Part shown: positions 48,436 to 58,541 of the stretch, in pieces
Layout: every line of letters starts with the position of its first letter
Numbering within the stretch: the first letter of the stretch is position 1
From: a virus
IMG/VR virus record: IMGVR_UViG_3300017917_004998
Coordinates: 59,064-123,063 of that record
Reading direction: 5' to 3' (one strand)
Length of the DNA: 64,000 bases
Position numbers and translations under genes: made by a program
The notes under the pieces: model-generated
The model's input: the letters and a program-made list of their open reading frames with translations, nothing else
What the model was told of the DNA's origin: nothing
The model's database searches: none

Positions 48436-51400
48436 ATGGCAAAGAAAATCAAACTTGATTTATCCCAATTTAAAGCCTCTGGTGTTTACACGTTAGAGTT
48501 TGATGCTACGGAAAACGTCATCCTTACGTCCCAGACAATCAGATTGGTGGTGGGATTTTCGAATAAAGGTCCTTTCAACGCACCAGTCTATATCCCAGAC
48601 ATTACAACTGCAGTTGCTATCTTTGGTGAAATTGACAAGACACTGGAAGCACAGGGATCTTATTTCCAAAGATCAATTTTAACCTGTTTGCAAACTGGAC
48701 CTGTATTTGCCTTAAATCTTCTTAAGCTGAACGACGACGAAACAAGTCCAACTGTAGATAAGGTCGACTATTTCGGATTCTCTGTAGCAACAGACGAACC
48801 AAACGGAGTTCTTACATCAAGACTTTACTCTTCTTTCTATAATAAGGAAAGATTCTGGTTTGCTGATGTTGATTATTTCTTGGCTACTATGTCGGTAGTT
48901 GATCAGGGAAGAATTTTCAACCTTGTTAATCTTGGTCAGTCACCTATGAGTGTGATTGTAAGAAAATCAACTGATGCAGTTCCTCCTTTGCAAGGTTATG
49001 ACGTATTTGCTATTGATTGGTATGGAGCAAACAACGTACCTAGCTATGTTCACCCATACGATTACATTTCTGATTGGTTTATTGATGTAATCTCGGTTTC
49101 TGGCGATTGGACAGATTATGTAGCTCTTTCAGAAGATCCAGAGTGGAGTGCATACTTTACTAGAAATGGTTTCATTAAAGATCAAATCAACAATTTCTTA
49201 AGCCAACAGAACGTAAATATCATTGGTCAGGTTACAGGATGTTTAATTCCTAACTTTGTAGATCTTAACGGAAACAACCAATATATTGAAACGTTAATTA
49301 ACAACAATACTCCTTCTACAGGTTTATTCTGTGCTGTTGATGAAGAAGCATTGGATTACCTATGCCAAAATAGATTCAAAGTCGATTTAGTTGGTAACTT
49401 CTTAATTGATGAATTAACCGGAGATAGAGACTTGCAAGATCCTAAACTTAATTTCTTGAGTTACGATCAGCAATTAATTCAGGATTATCTTTATACACAG
49501 AATGTAACAGGAATAACTGGTGCATCAGGATCTGCTGGAGGAACCAACGTTGGAAGCTTATTCCATACAGTTGAAAACGAGGGAGGCACAGCGGGTGTAT
49601 CTGCTGTAGCATTCGACGCTTTCAGTCCTAGTGCAACATTCGGAGGTCTTCATTATCTACAAACAAACACTGGTGTAGCAACTGGTGGTGTGGTAAAGGT
49701 AACAATCACAAACGGTGGTACTGGATATACTTCTTCACCGACAGTTATTTTTAATAATACTGCAGGTACAGGAGCTTCTGCTACAGCAACAGTTACTGCT
49801 GGTGCAGTTTCTTCGATCACTCTTACCAACGTAGGAAATGGCTATTCTGCAGTTCCGTCTATTTCATTCTCCGGTGGTGGTACAGCTGCAACTGGTGCTG
49901 CAGCTTTTGCTGTTATTAGAAGTGGTGCATCCTTAACCTCTGCAGAAAAATTAAGACTAAAAGATTACCTTACCCCCTCAGCTTCTAGCGCACCTTTTAT
50001 ATTAGGACAAGTTGGAATACCTACCGGATTAACTGGCACTGTAATTAATCAGTTTAATAACGGGGATCTTGTAAAACTTAAAGTTGTTGGTGTTTCTGAG
50101 GTAGCTCAGAATTTGATTATTACCTACAGTCACCCATTAGACAACGCAGTTTATGCTTCTCAGGGTATTACTGTTACTCCAACATTTGATACACAGGGAA
50201 CTACTGCAAATGGCGTTGTAAATTACTTCTACAACTTTGGAGCCTCTGATTATTTAAACATTGAAAACGTTACTGCTATAACTGGTGGAGCATCTTCAAA
50301 TGCTTTAGCTGGTCTTATCTCGACTAATTTGTACCAAAATATACTTTATCAAGAAGTAGCTGATGGTGATGTAATCTGGCTAAGTGCAGATGGAGTATCT
50401 AAGTATTATTTGGACACTCAGCTTACAGTTGACAGAGACCAATACAACATTTCATACGTTAGAGCATTTAACGATATAACAAGGATCAACCCTTCATCAC
50501 TTGTAAACTACCCAGCTTTCTCAAACGGAACAGTTGGTCCGTATGCAAGTGACAATATTGGTTTGCCTGTTGCAGCTGGAAAAACGGACATCGTGTCGAC
50601 AGTTTCTTCAATTAACCAATACTTAGACGTTGTTTTGAAGATCGATAGCACAAGCTTTAATTTTGCGCCAGACCCTGTTAATAATCTTATCATTTCAGTT
50701 GGTGATTATTTAGTTTCTACAGATCTTTCACTTTGTGAAACTGTAGGTGCTAATAGACAAGGCAGACTTACTAAAGTTACTTCTGTAGCACAGACTGCAA
50801 CTTCTGGTGTAGTTAGAGTCACAACTGCAAGACCAATTTTATACTACGCAGGAAACACAATTCAAGTACAGAAGTTCAAATCTATCCCTCAGTTTACAAG
50901 ATCGTTTGATTTCATTTACCTTGCTGGTTATACAATGAGAAATGATCAAAGACCTAATAACACTGATGCTAGAGTTTCTGAGATTCTTGATGTTATGTAC
51001 AATACAAACATAGCAGCAACACTTGCAGCTAAAGATGTAATTTCGTTCAGATACATCATCGATACTTTCAGCGGTCAGATTTTGCCAAATTCAAAATACC
51101 AATTGAGCAAATTGGCTATGATGAGACAGAAGGCTTTGGCTTTCATCAATGCTCCTTCAATGGCACAATTTAGAGCAAGTACTGATCCTAGATTTACTGC
51201 AGCACCTACAAACGTTAATCCATACCCACCTTTGCAAGCTCAATATATTGCAGAAGGAGGTAACCTTTCGTTGAATCCTAGTTATACCTTTAGCTTGCCA
51301 ACGGAGGATCTCGGAGCATCGTATGCAGCTTTCTATACCCCGTATATTACTGTCAGAGAGAACAACAAAAACGTAAACGTTCCACCAGCAGCATTTGTAT

Positions 51401-51966
51401 CTAATAATTTTGTTAGAAAATTTGCAAACGGAGAACCTTATAATATTATCGCTGGTCAAAAGCGTGGTACTATTTCAGGTGGTAACATCGTAGGAGTTGA
51501 ATATGACTTTACTGACTCAGATAGAGGTTGGTTGGAACCTTTTGGACTTAACCCAATCATTAAGAAAAGAGGCTTTGGTGTGGTTATCTTCGGTAACCAA
51601 ACTGCTTACCAAACAGTAAGTTCAGCATTTGGATTAGTTCACGTTAGGGATCTACTCATTAGCGTAGAAAATGACGTTGAAGAAATCCTATCAAATTACC
51701 TTTTCGATTTCAACGAGGATTCAATCCGATTGGAAATCAAAACATTGGTTGATACCTACTTAGATGGCGTTAGAGCCGGAGGTGGAATCTATGCTTACCA
51801 GGTAATTATGGATGCTTCGAATAACACTCCAGCAATTATCGATCAGAACATTGGAATCATCGATGTAATAATCGAACCTGCTAGAGGCATTCAGAAATTC
51901 ATCAATAGAATTACTGTAACAAGAACAGGCGGTATCGCTGCAGGAGGGTTCATCAATTTCGTTTAA
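48436..51966 (+). CDS. Contractile tail sheath (T4 gp18-like) with large insertions
   Basis: SGVYTLEFD, GFSNKGPFNAPV, FYTPY, PPAAFVS, IIAGQKRG, LNPI and VRDL motifs. Two GATATATA boxes lie upstream (48349, 48401). Confidence 0.9.
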   Translation: MAKKIKLDLSQFKASGVYTLEFDATENVILTSQTIRLVVGFSNKGPFNAPVYIPDITTAVAIFGEIDKTLEAQGSYFQRSILTCLQTGPVFALNLLKLNDDETSPTVDKVDYFGFSVATDEPNGVLTSRLYSSFYNKERFWFADVDYFLATMSVVDQGRIFNLVNLGQSPMSVIVRKSTDAVPPLQGYDVFAIDWYGANNVPSYVHPYDYISDWFIDVISVSGDWTDYVALSEDPEWSAYFTRNGFIKDQINNFLSQQNVNIIGQVTGCLIPNFVDLNGNNQYIETLINNNTPSTGLFCAVDEEALDYLCQNRFKVDLVGNFLIDELTGDRDLQDPKLNFLSYDQQLIQDYLYTQNVTGITGASGSAGGTNVGSLFHTVENEGGTAGVSAVAFDAFSPSATFGGLHYLQTNTGVATGGVVKVTITNGGTGYTSSPTVIFNNTAGTGASATATVTAGAVSSITLTNVGNGYSAVPSISFSGGGTAATGAAAFAVIRSGASLTSAEKLRLKDYLTPSASSAPFILGQVGIPTGLTGTVINQFNNGDLVKLKVVGVSEVAQNLIITYSHPLDNAVYASQGITVTPTFDTQGTTANGVVNYFYNFGASDYLNIENVTAITGGASSNALAGLISTNLYQNILYQEVADGDVIWLSADGVSKYYLDTQLTVDRDQYNISYVRAFNDITRINPSSLVNYPAFSNGTVGPYASDNIGLPVAAGKTDIVSTVSSINQYLDVVLKIDSTSFNFAPDPVNNLIISVGDYLVSTDLSLCETVGANRQGRLTKVTSVAQTATSGVVRVTTARPILYYAGNTIQVQKFKSIPQFTRSFDFIYLAGYTMRNDQRPNNTDARVSEILDVMYNTNIAATLAAKDVISFRYIIDTFSGQILPNSKYQLSKLAMMRQKALAFINAPSMAQFRASTDPRFTAAPTNVNPYPPLQAQYIAEGGNLSLNPSYTFSLPTEDLGASYAAFYTPYITVRENNKNVNVPPAAFVSNNFVRKFANGEPYNIIAGQKRGTISGGNIVGVEYDFTDSDRGWLEPFGLNPIIKKRGFGVVIFGNQTAYQTVSSAFGLVHVRDLLISVENDVEEILSNYLFDFNEDSIRLEIKTLVDTYLDGVRAGGGIYAYQVIMDASNNTPAIIDQNIGIIDVIIEPARGIQKFINRITVTRTGGIAAGGFINFV

Positions 51967-52022
51967 GGATTTGATGAATTCTCGTAGCAGAGATAAATAT
52001 AAAAAAAAAATAAAATGAATTA

Positions 52023-52577
52023 ATGGCTGGTTTACCACATTACCAAAATTCACTATATTCGATAAACAAATACGAACCTGTTTATCTTAACCAGTTCGAA
52101 GTTGCTGTTATTCCACCAGCCGCAGTAGCAGGTGGACAAATTTTACTTGAGCAGGTAGTAAACGTGGCTGGTTTAGATGTGGATAAAAATCCTGGGTTTG
52201 TTTTCCAAAAGTACAAATTTGCAAAAAGAAACTATGCAGGAGGTAAACCAGATAAAACTTCTTTGGACCTTGGCGTAAGATTTACGGTTAACCTTGACGA
52301 CGCAAATTCAATGTATGTTTTTAAGACGCTAAGACAATGGACTGACCTTATCTACAATCCTCTAACAGGAGCAATGGGTATTAAGCAGGATTACACAGGT
52401 ACAATAGTCATTTCTGTATTCAATAAAAACGGTAATGTTTTTAGAAGAATAACTTGCAAAGATTGCTTCCCTCTTAAAGCTATAGACCCGATGGAACTTG
52501 ATTATCTAAACGGTACTACCCTTTATGAGATCAATATGGTTTGGGCGGTAGATTATTGGGAAGATCTATTTGTATAA
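52023..52577 (+). CDS. Tail tube protein (gp19-like), copy 1
   Basis: Follows the sheath. EPVYLNQFEV..WTDLIYNP.TG..DY.G.IVISVFNK..RRIT...CFP pattern. Confidence 0.8.
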   Translation: MAGLPHYQNSLYSINKYEPVYLNQFEVAVIPPAAVAGGQILLEQVVNVAGLDVDKNPGFVFQKYKFAKRNYAGGKPDKTSLDLGVRFTVNLDDANSMYVFKTLRQWTDLIYNPLTGAMGIKQDYTGTIVISVFNKNGNVFRRITCKDCFPLKAIDPMELDYLNGTTLYEINMVWAVDYWEDLFV

Positions 52578-52593
52578 AATAAAAGTATATTAA

Positions 52594-53175
52594 ATGGCAG
52601 GTTTACCACACTATAACAACTCAAAAGCAGCTAGGAATAACTACGAACCAGTTTTTCTTAACCAGTTTGAGGTTCTTATTACCCCACCTTCTTCAGTTAC
52701 TCTTGCGAATACTAGATTCAACGGAGAATCTATCATGACCCAGCAGGTTAAAAGCGTAACTGGTAGCTTAGCAGTTGATATTCAACCTGGCGCACCGGTT
52801 ACACAATACTACAAATTTGCAGAAAGAAGATATGCAGGCGGTGAGCCTTCAACTTCTGATGTGCAGTTTAGTGTAGCTTTTGAGGTTAACCTAGACGAGA
52901 ATAATTCTATGACCATGTACAAAATCTTAAGACAATGGTCAGATTTAATCTATAATCCTTTAACCGGAGCGATGGGTTTAAAGAGAGATTATGTTGGACA
53001 GATGGTAATTTCTGTATTTAATAAGCAGGGAGATGTATTCAGAAGAATCACTCTCAACAATTGCTTTCCAATTGAGCCGTTAACTCCTATGAATCTAAAC
53101 TACGAAAGCGGAGACGCTCTTTACGTATTAGATACCACTTGGAAGTCTGATTACTGGCAAGACCAGTTTCTATAA
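52594..53175 (+). CDS. Tail tube protein (gp19-like), copy 2
   Basis: Paralogue of the previous ORF (MAGLPHY...DYWQDQF). Confidence 0.8.
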   Translation: MAGLPHYNNSKAARNNYEPVFLNQFEVLITPPSSVTLANTRFNGESIMTQQVKSVTGSLAVDIQPGAPVTQYYKFAERRYAGGEPSTSDVQFSVAFEVNLDENNSMTMYKILRQWSDLIYNPLTGAMGLKRDYVGQMVISVFNKQGDVFRRITLNNCFPIEPLTPMNLNYESGDALYVLDTTWKSDYWQDQFL

Positions 53176-53204
53176 ACTGGAACTTTACTTTATTTTATTT
53201 ATAT

Positions 53205-53231
53205 AAAACTTACACTGTTTGTAAGTTTTTA
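53205..53231 (+). terminator. Intrinsic terminator after the tube genes
   Basis: aaaacttaca-ctgtt-tgtaagttttt. Confidence 0.6.
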
Positions 53232-53262
53232 CGGCATGTGTTATATAAAGTAAATATAAGCT

Positions 53263-54339
53263 ATGTCAGGACCAAACCTTTCCCCAGAAGAGATTCTAAG
53301 AAAAAAAGAGCAGATCGGAGGAATTTCCTATGATGATCAAATCTCAGATCTACCCACAGTTTCTCCTGAGAAATCGAGAATAGACCAAGAAGTTGAATCG
53401 CTGGAAAGAAAGCAAACTGGTGTAATAGATTCTCCTTTAGCTGAAGAATTTAAAAAAGTTGAAAAAGCCGTTGCAGAATCTTCTTCTCTAGAACCACCAC
53501 AAGCAATTCAAATCGGCTGGAAAAATTTACCTGTACTTATTTTGCCTTCAAAGGGCGATTTTTATCCAGAGGGAACCCAGATAGCAATTAGACCAGCGGA
53601 GGTAAAAGAGATTAGACATTTCTCTACAATCGACGAGAGTGATATGCTTGATATTGATGCAAAACTCAATATGATCTTAAATTCTTGCTGCGTAGTCAAA
53701 TTTCCTAAAGAAGGAGTAGTTTCATACAAAGATCTAAAGCAGGAGGACAGGTTCTTTATCATAATGACAATTAGAGATCTAACTTTTGTTAAGGGAGAGA
53801 ATAGAATAGTTCTTACCCCAGAATTGACATGTAAGAAAGAGAATTGCCAATTCAAATATGGGATTGAATTAAGAACTGGTGTATTAACAAATTACCAGAT
53901 TGATGATAGGATAATGAGATACTATTCAAAAGCGGATAGAAAATTTGTTTTTCCTGTTAGCAAAATTGGAAAATCTATTAGCATCTCCATTCCTTCAATT
54001 GGAGTAATTGATGCTGTTTCTAATTACGTTAAAAATTCTGTTCGTCTAGGCAGGGAAGTTGACGAAAGCTTTATAAAAATTGCCCCGTTTTTATTTGATG
54101 ACTGGAGGGGTCTTAACGATCAGAAAATCCAAAAAGCATCTTTTGATTCTGAAGGGTGGTCTAAAGAAGAATTTTCAATTTATTATCAGCTTTCTGAAGA
54201 AATTAAGATTGGTACCAAATTAGAGGTTAGTTTGTCTTGTCAAACTTGCGGTGCGTCGGAGGTCACCGCACCAATATCATTTCCCGGAGGGTTCAGATCC
54301 CTTTTCGTTATTTCAGATATCTTTGGAGAACTTCTTTGA
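53263..54339 (+). CDS. Baseplate hub / tail assembly chaperone (T4 gp26-like)
   Basis: LILPSKG.FY, IRPAEVKE, DRFFI...IR.LT, CxxxxC and CQTC motifs, in the post-tube position. Confidence 0.65.
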   Translation: MSGPNLSPEEILRKKEQIGGISYDDQISDLPTVSPEKSRIDQEVESLERKQTGVIDSPLAEEFKKVEKAVAESSSLEPPQAIQIGWKNLPVLILPSKGDFYPEGTQIAIRPAEVKEIRHFSTIDESDMLDIDAKLNMILNSCCVVKFPKEGVVSYKDLKQEDRFFIIMTIRDLTFVKGENRIVLTPELTCKKENCQFKYGIELRTGVLTNYQIDDRIMRYYSKADRKFVFPVSKIGKSISISIPSIGVIDAVSNYVKNSVRLGREVDESFIKIAPFLFDDWRGLNDQKIQKASFDSEGWSKEEFSIYYQLSEEIKIGTKLEVSLSCQTCGASEVTAPISFPGGFRSLFVISDIFGELL

Positions 54340-54511
54340 TGTTAAATTTAGAATGTGGAAGGAACACGGTATAGATCCAAATTGGATTGAATCTATACCT
54401 TTCTATGAATATCAAATTTGGATTGATAAGCTCAATCTGACTATAGAGAAAGAAAACAAGCAAGTCCTGGAGGATTCCGGACAAGTTGAGGTCTTCAATT
54501 TCAAAAAATAA
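54323..54511 (+). CDS. Small overlapping ORF (gp51-like / gpT-like chaperone extension)
   Basis: LENFFDVKF...IESIPFYEYQIWIDKL overlaps the end of the gp26-like gene in the +1 frame. It has either a TTG start at 54323 or is reached by a frameshift. Confidence 0.55.
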   Translation: MENFFDVKFRMWKEHGIDPNWIESIPFYEYQIWIDKLNLTIEKENKQVLEDSGQVEVFNFKK

Positions 54512-54546
54512 TTTTCCGGGCCTTACCCATTTTGGATATATAAGGT

Positions 54547-55935
54547 ATGAATGATACCTCTAAAATCCTGAAAGAACTGTCTAATCTAAGTACGAACTTT
54601 GATGTTCTTGCAAAAGAACTTAAAGAGTCGAATAGGCTTTCACAGGATACTAACAAAGAATTATCTTCATTAGTTAAAGAAAACAGGAAGACTGGTAGTA
54701 AAGAAAAAACAGCAGAGAATTCTGCAGAAGAAAAAAGCTTCAAGAACTTTTCTGATTCTATAATTAAAACATTTTCTAAACAGAACGAAAGTCTTTTTGC
54801 AGGTTTAGAAAAAAGTCTGAAAGGTGGATTCCCAGAGATTGCTAAAGCAGAGGTTAAACCTGCAGGAGTCGAAAAAGAATCTGTTGTAAAAACTGGTTTA
54901 TTTCAGAAAGATATAATTAGTGCAGTAGCAGAAAGTCTTGCTAATGTACCTAAGTTAGAAGACGGTGGCAGGATTAACAAAAGTGGGGTAGCTCTAGTTG
55001 GAGAAAAAGGTCCAGAACTAGTTGAACTCCAGAAAGGTAGCGTTGTCAATTCAACAGATAGAATTGCAGAGCTTTTAAAGATGGAGATGGACGATAGAAA
55101 GCGTTCGGAAACCAAGAAAGAAACCACAGAAAATAAAAAGCAAGAAGTTTCTAAAATCGTTAGCGGCGGTCCTAATCTAGATGAGTCGGTAACAAATTCT
55201 TCTGGTGTTAAGGTACCCAAGTCCGAAATAGATGCATATAGAAAAGAAATCTATAACGAGTTCAAAAAAGAGCCATCCCTTCTGGAAGACGAGGTGAAGC
55301 AGTTTATTGAGGGATATCGTCAAACAGTTCCGATTTCAGATATACAGAAATTGTCTGAGGTAACACAGCCAAAAGAGATTAAGAAGTCAGAGGAGCAGTT
55401 GCAAAATTCAACACAGACATCTAAATCAGAAAGAGATAGAACCAAACTTAAAGATCTTATATCTTTACCCAAATTGAATTCTCTACCAGGATTAAAAGGT
55501 GAAGAAATCAAATTGTCCGAAAAATTTAGAGTAAATCAGCAGAATATTCCACAAAAGGAACTAGAACCAGAAAGCTTTTCGTCCGGGAATGTTTCTACCA
55601 AAGATATACAGGCTCTTACTGAAAGGCTAAAACAGAGTAGCAAACTCACTAAAGAAGCACAGACTTTAAAAGTAGGTGAAAAAAAGACACCAACACCTGC
55701 TGCAACTGCAGAAGGAATAAGCGCAACTTCTTATGTAGAGAAAAGTGCAGGAGCAAAGCCTGACATTCAGACAGTAAAACCAGAAAAGCAAATGCCAGTA
55801 AATACACAGCCGGAAATAACTGAGCAAGACATTAAGGAAATTAAAGGTCTGCTTGCTGGCATTTACAAGTCACTAAATGGTCCTTTGTCTATTGCTTCTG
55901 ACCGACCATATAGACCGAATTCAAACACGTTTTAA
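54547..55935 (+). CDS. Tape-measure/baseplate-hub-like protein
   Basis: LEDGGRI....ALVGEKGPELV motif typical of tape-measure-associated proteins, with charged low-complexity sequence. GATATATA lies at 54535-54542. Confidence 0.5.
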   Translation: MNDTSKILKELSNLSTNFDVLAKELKESNRLSQDTNKELSSLVKENRKTGSKEKTAENSAEEKSFKNFSDSIIKTFSKQNESLFAGLEKSLKGGFPEIAKAEVKPAGVEKESVVKTGLFQKDIISAVAESLANVPKLEDGGRINKSGVALVGEKGPELVELQKGSVVNSTDRIAELLKMEMDDRKRSETKKETTENKKQEVSKIVSGGPNLDESVTNSSGVKVPKSEIDAYRKEIYNEFKKEPSLLEDEVKQFIEGYRQTVPISDIQKLSEVTQPKEIKKSEEQLQNSTQTSKSERDRTKLKDLISLPKLNSLPGLKGEEIKLSEKFRVNQQNIPQKELEPESFSSGNVSTKDIQALTERLKQSSKLTKEAQTLKVGEKKTPTPAATAEGISATSYVEKSAGAKPDIQTVKPEKQMPVNTQPEITEQDIKEIKGLLAGIYKSLNGPLSIASDRPYRPNSNTF

Positions 55936-56006
55936 ACAATTTTCAGGAAACATTTTTTTTATGCATTCCAAAAGGCTATATTTGTTCAGAACATTTGGTT
56001 TTTTGA

Positions 56007-56588
56007 TTGCACATGGATATTCATAAAGATATATTGGTTCACTATTCTGATAATTTTTTCAGTGAACCTAAACTAATTACAAGTAAATCGTGGGTTGCTA
56101 AGCCTAATTTGAAACAGGTTTTCCAATTTAACGATCCCAACGATCTTCCTGGCGAAACTTTATATCTTACAAAGGATAAGAAAGTCGATCTCGTCTATCT
56201 AAAAATGGCTGAGATATGGGCTACGAATTCTTATTGTAAGAGAATGCAAGTTGGAAGTTTAATAGTAAAGAACAAATCCATTATTTCCGATGGATATAAC
56301 GGTTCTCCTACAGGATTCCCAAATGAGTGCGAAGACGAAGATAACGTAACCCTGAATTATGTCTTACACGCAGAAGCAAACGCAATAACTAAATTGTCTA
56401 AAAGTACTCAAAGTTCGGATGGCTCTACTCTATATGTTACGGTTTCCCCTTGTTTTGAATGCTCCAAATTGATTATCCAGGCTGGCATTAAAAGATTGGT
56501 TTTCGAAGATGTGTACAGAAAACCAGAATCCCTAAAATTCCTCTTTGATGCAGGAATAGAAATAGTCAGGCTGGAAAAAACATTTTAA
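56007..56588 (+). CDS. dCMP deaminase
   Basis: SYCKRMQVG, GYNG, HAEANA and PCFEC motifs. Confidence 0.9.
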   Translation: MHMDIHKDILVHYSDNFFSEPKLITSKSWVAKPNLKQVFQFNDPNDLPGETLYLTKDKKVDLVYLKMAEIWATNSYCKRMQVGSLIVKNKSIISDGYNGSPTGFPNECEDEDNVTLNYVLHAEANAITKLSKSTQSSDGSTLYVTVSPCFECSKLIIQAGIKRLVFEDVYRKPESLKFLFDAGIEIVRLEKTF

Positions 56589-56608
56589 AAAAATCTAGGG
56601 TTAAACTA

Positions 56609-57226
56609 ATGGCAAAAGAAAAGAATATCCAGGTATTAGCAGAGAATTTCATACAACAAAGAGATGATAGATCTTTCAAACTATTATACGAAAGAGTAAA
56701 GCCTGGAGTCCTCAATCACTGTTACACCATACTTAAAGACTTGGAACTAGCAGAGGATGCTTTCCTTAATGCGATGTCCAAGGTGTGGCAAAAAATAGAC
56801 CAGTACGATTCAACAAGAGGAAATTTTTCAACCTGGTGTTACAACATCGCTAGAAATGAATCTCTTTTGCTCCTTAAGAGTAGAAAGAGGTTTGTCTCAA
56901 AATCGTTGGAAGAGATGGAGCTCGAGTCTTCTAAAGCAGAAGAAAGAAATCCAGCTTATGAAATTGAAGACGATCCACTCTGGAATTTTCTTTCCGGTGG
57001 ATCTGATATTGATGATGTGTATGAACAGGTAATAGATGAAATAAGAGAGCTTCCGATTCTATACCGAGATATTATGATTGATCGAGAAATACATGGAATG
57101 AAGTACAAAGACATAGCAGACAAGTATGGAATTAAGAAAAGATCAATCGCAACAAGAATACGTAGGGCCAGAACAAAGATACGTAAAAAGATGGAGGACA
57201 TCACTCAAAAGCAAAACTTAAAATAA
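56609..57226 (+). CDS. RNA polymerase sigma factor (sigma70/ECF-like, regions 2 and 4)
   Basis: AEDAF..VWQKIDQYD..FSTWCYNIARN (region 2) and LP..YR....R...MKYKDIA....I..RI.RAR (region 4). Confidence 0.85.
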   Translation: MAKEKNIQVLAENFIQQRDDRSFKLLYERVKPGVLNHCYTILKDLELAEDAFLNAMSKVWQKIDQYDSTRGNFSTWCYNIARNESLLLLKSRKRFVSKSLEEMELESSKAEERNPAYEIEDDPLWNFLSGGSDIDDVYEQVIDEIRELPILYRDIMIDREIHGMKYKDIADKYGIKKRSIATRIRRARTKIRKKMEDITQKQNLK

Positions 57227-57227
57227 C

Positions 57228-57707
57228 ATGGGCATATTATCAAGAATTTTCGTTTCACTTAGGTTAATTTCCATTTTTAAAGACCTTAAATTATATTCAG
57301 ATTTTCTTTCTATCACAAAGAAAGAATCTATAGATTCTCCTGATTGGAATAGATTAAAACTCAGAAGAGATTGGTTTGGAAGAATCTATACCGTTGTTAA
57401 TCTTCCTCCAGAGGTAACTCAATCAAGAGACTTCCCAGTCGAAGCCAGACCTGCATGGGTGTTTGAAGAGATTAGACCAGTAAACGAATACCTGACACGT
57501 TTAAATCTGCAAGAAATAATTGCTCCACTTCTTAGACCCTTACCAGAAGCAAACGGAGATTCTTTCCTGGTGATCTATTATTTTATATTTCGTGAGCTAA
57601 GCTGGATCTGGATTATCAGATTTATCCTAGAGGTTTCGTTGCTAGTCTACGTTTATTTTAACTGGTCTTTTTTATTGGAATTGTTAGCTGCGAATGGATT
57701 GGGATAA
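57228..57707 (+). CDS. Membrane-anchored hypothetical protein
   Basis: C-terminal hydrophobic segments. Confidence 0.6.
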   Translation: MGILSRIFVSLRLISIFKDLKLYSDFLSITKKESIDSPDWNRLKLRRDWFGRIYTVVNLPPEVTQSRDFPVEARPAWVFEEIRPVNEYLTRLNLQEIIAPLLRPLPEANGDSFLVIYYFIFRELSWIWIIRFILEVSLLVYVYFNWSFLLELLAANGLG

Positions 57708-58497
57708 GATAAAGGAGGAATACAACCAAAAGCTTGAATTTTTTAAAGATCCAAGGTTTATTTTTGAAGAAGAAAGTCACTCGTACACCTTTAGCGGTGT
57801 AAAATACGATTCAGTAACCACGTTTCTTAAAAGATTCAAGGTTCCTTTTGATAGAGATTATTGGATTAAGAGAAAGTCAAAAGAACTCGGGATTGATCCA
57901 ACTATTCTACAAAATGAATGGGAAGAAAAGGCAACCACTGCAAATAAACTTGGTACCAGGGTCCACAAATGGATTGAAGATTTCTGGATGGGACTTGACC
58001 CGGAGATGCCAGAAGATCCCATCGATAAATTAAGAATAGAAAAGTTTTTGGAGCTTTATGAATTAAGGTTTAAAAAATTGGTTCCACTGAAATCTGAACT
58101 CAAGGTTTTCTCTAAGAAATGGAGATTAGCTGGAACTGTCGACCAACCTTTTTTGATGTGGGACGAGAAAAGAGAAGAGATCATATTTCTTGTTGGAGAC
58201 TGGAAAACTAATAAAGAGTTTAAAGACGACAATCACCCAAAGGGAAGATATAAAAAGTTGCTTCATCCTTTTAACGATCTGTACGAAAACTCTCATAACG
58301 AGTACTCAATTCAGATTAGTTTATATAGACTTATAATTGAAGAAGAGCTGGGTATAAAAACACATGGAGGTTTTTTGGTCCACATCGGTCCGGATTCTAA
58401 TGCTAAAATATATCCAATAAAAGATCTGAGAGAAAGACTAAAGGTGTATCTTCAGCACAATCGGGAAGAGGAGAAAGATGTTTTTGACATCTCTTGA
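57694..58497 (+). CDS. PD-(D/E)XK exonuclease (lambda-exo/Cas4-like superfamily)
   Basis: LGTRVHKWIE, SELKV..LAGTVD, VGDWKT and YSIQISLY motifs. Confidence 0.75.
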   Translation: MDWDKIKEEYNQKLEFFKDPRFIFEEESHSYTFSGVKYDSVTTFLKRFKVPFDRDYWIKRKSKELGIDPTILQNEWEEKATTANKLGTRVHKWIEDFWMGLDPEMPEDPIDKLRIEKFLELYELRFKKLVPLKSELKVFSKKWRLAGTVDQPFLMWDEKREEIIFLVGDWKTNKEFKDDNHPKGRYKKLLHPFNDLYENSHNEYSIQISLYRLIIEEELGIKTHGGFLVHIGPDSNAKIYPIKDLRERLKVYLQHNREEEKDVFDIS

Positions 58498-58541
58498 TGA
58501 AACAAACTTGAATCGTTTTCTAAAATAGTAAAAAGATTATT

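Noticed and set aside
57694-58497. cas4 / CRISPR adaptation gene
   Set aside because: It lacks the Fe-S cysteine set of Cas4 and has no cas1 or array nearby. It is treated as a generic PD-(D/E)XK exonuclease.
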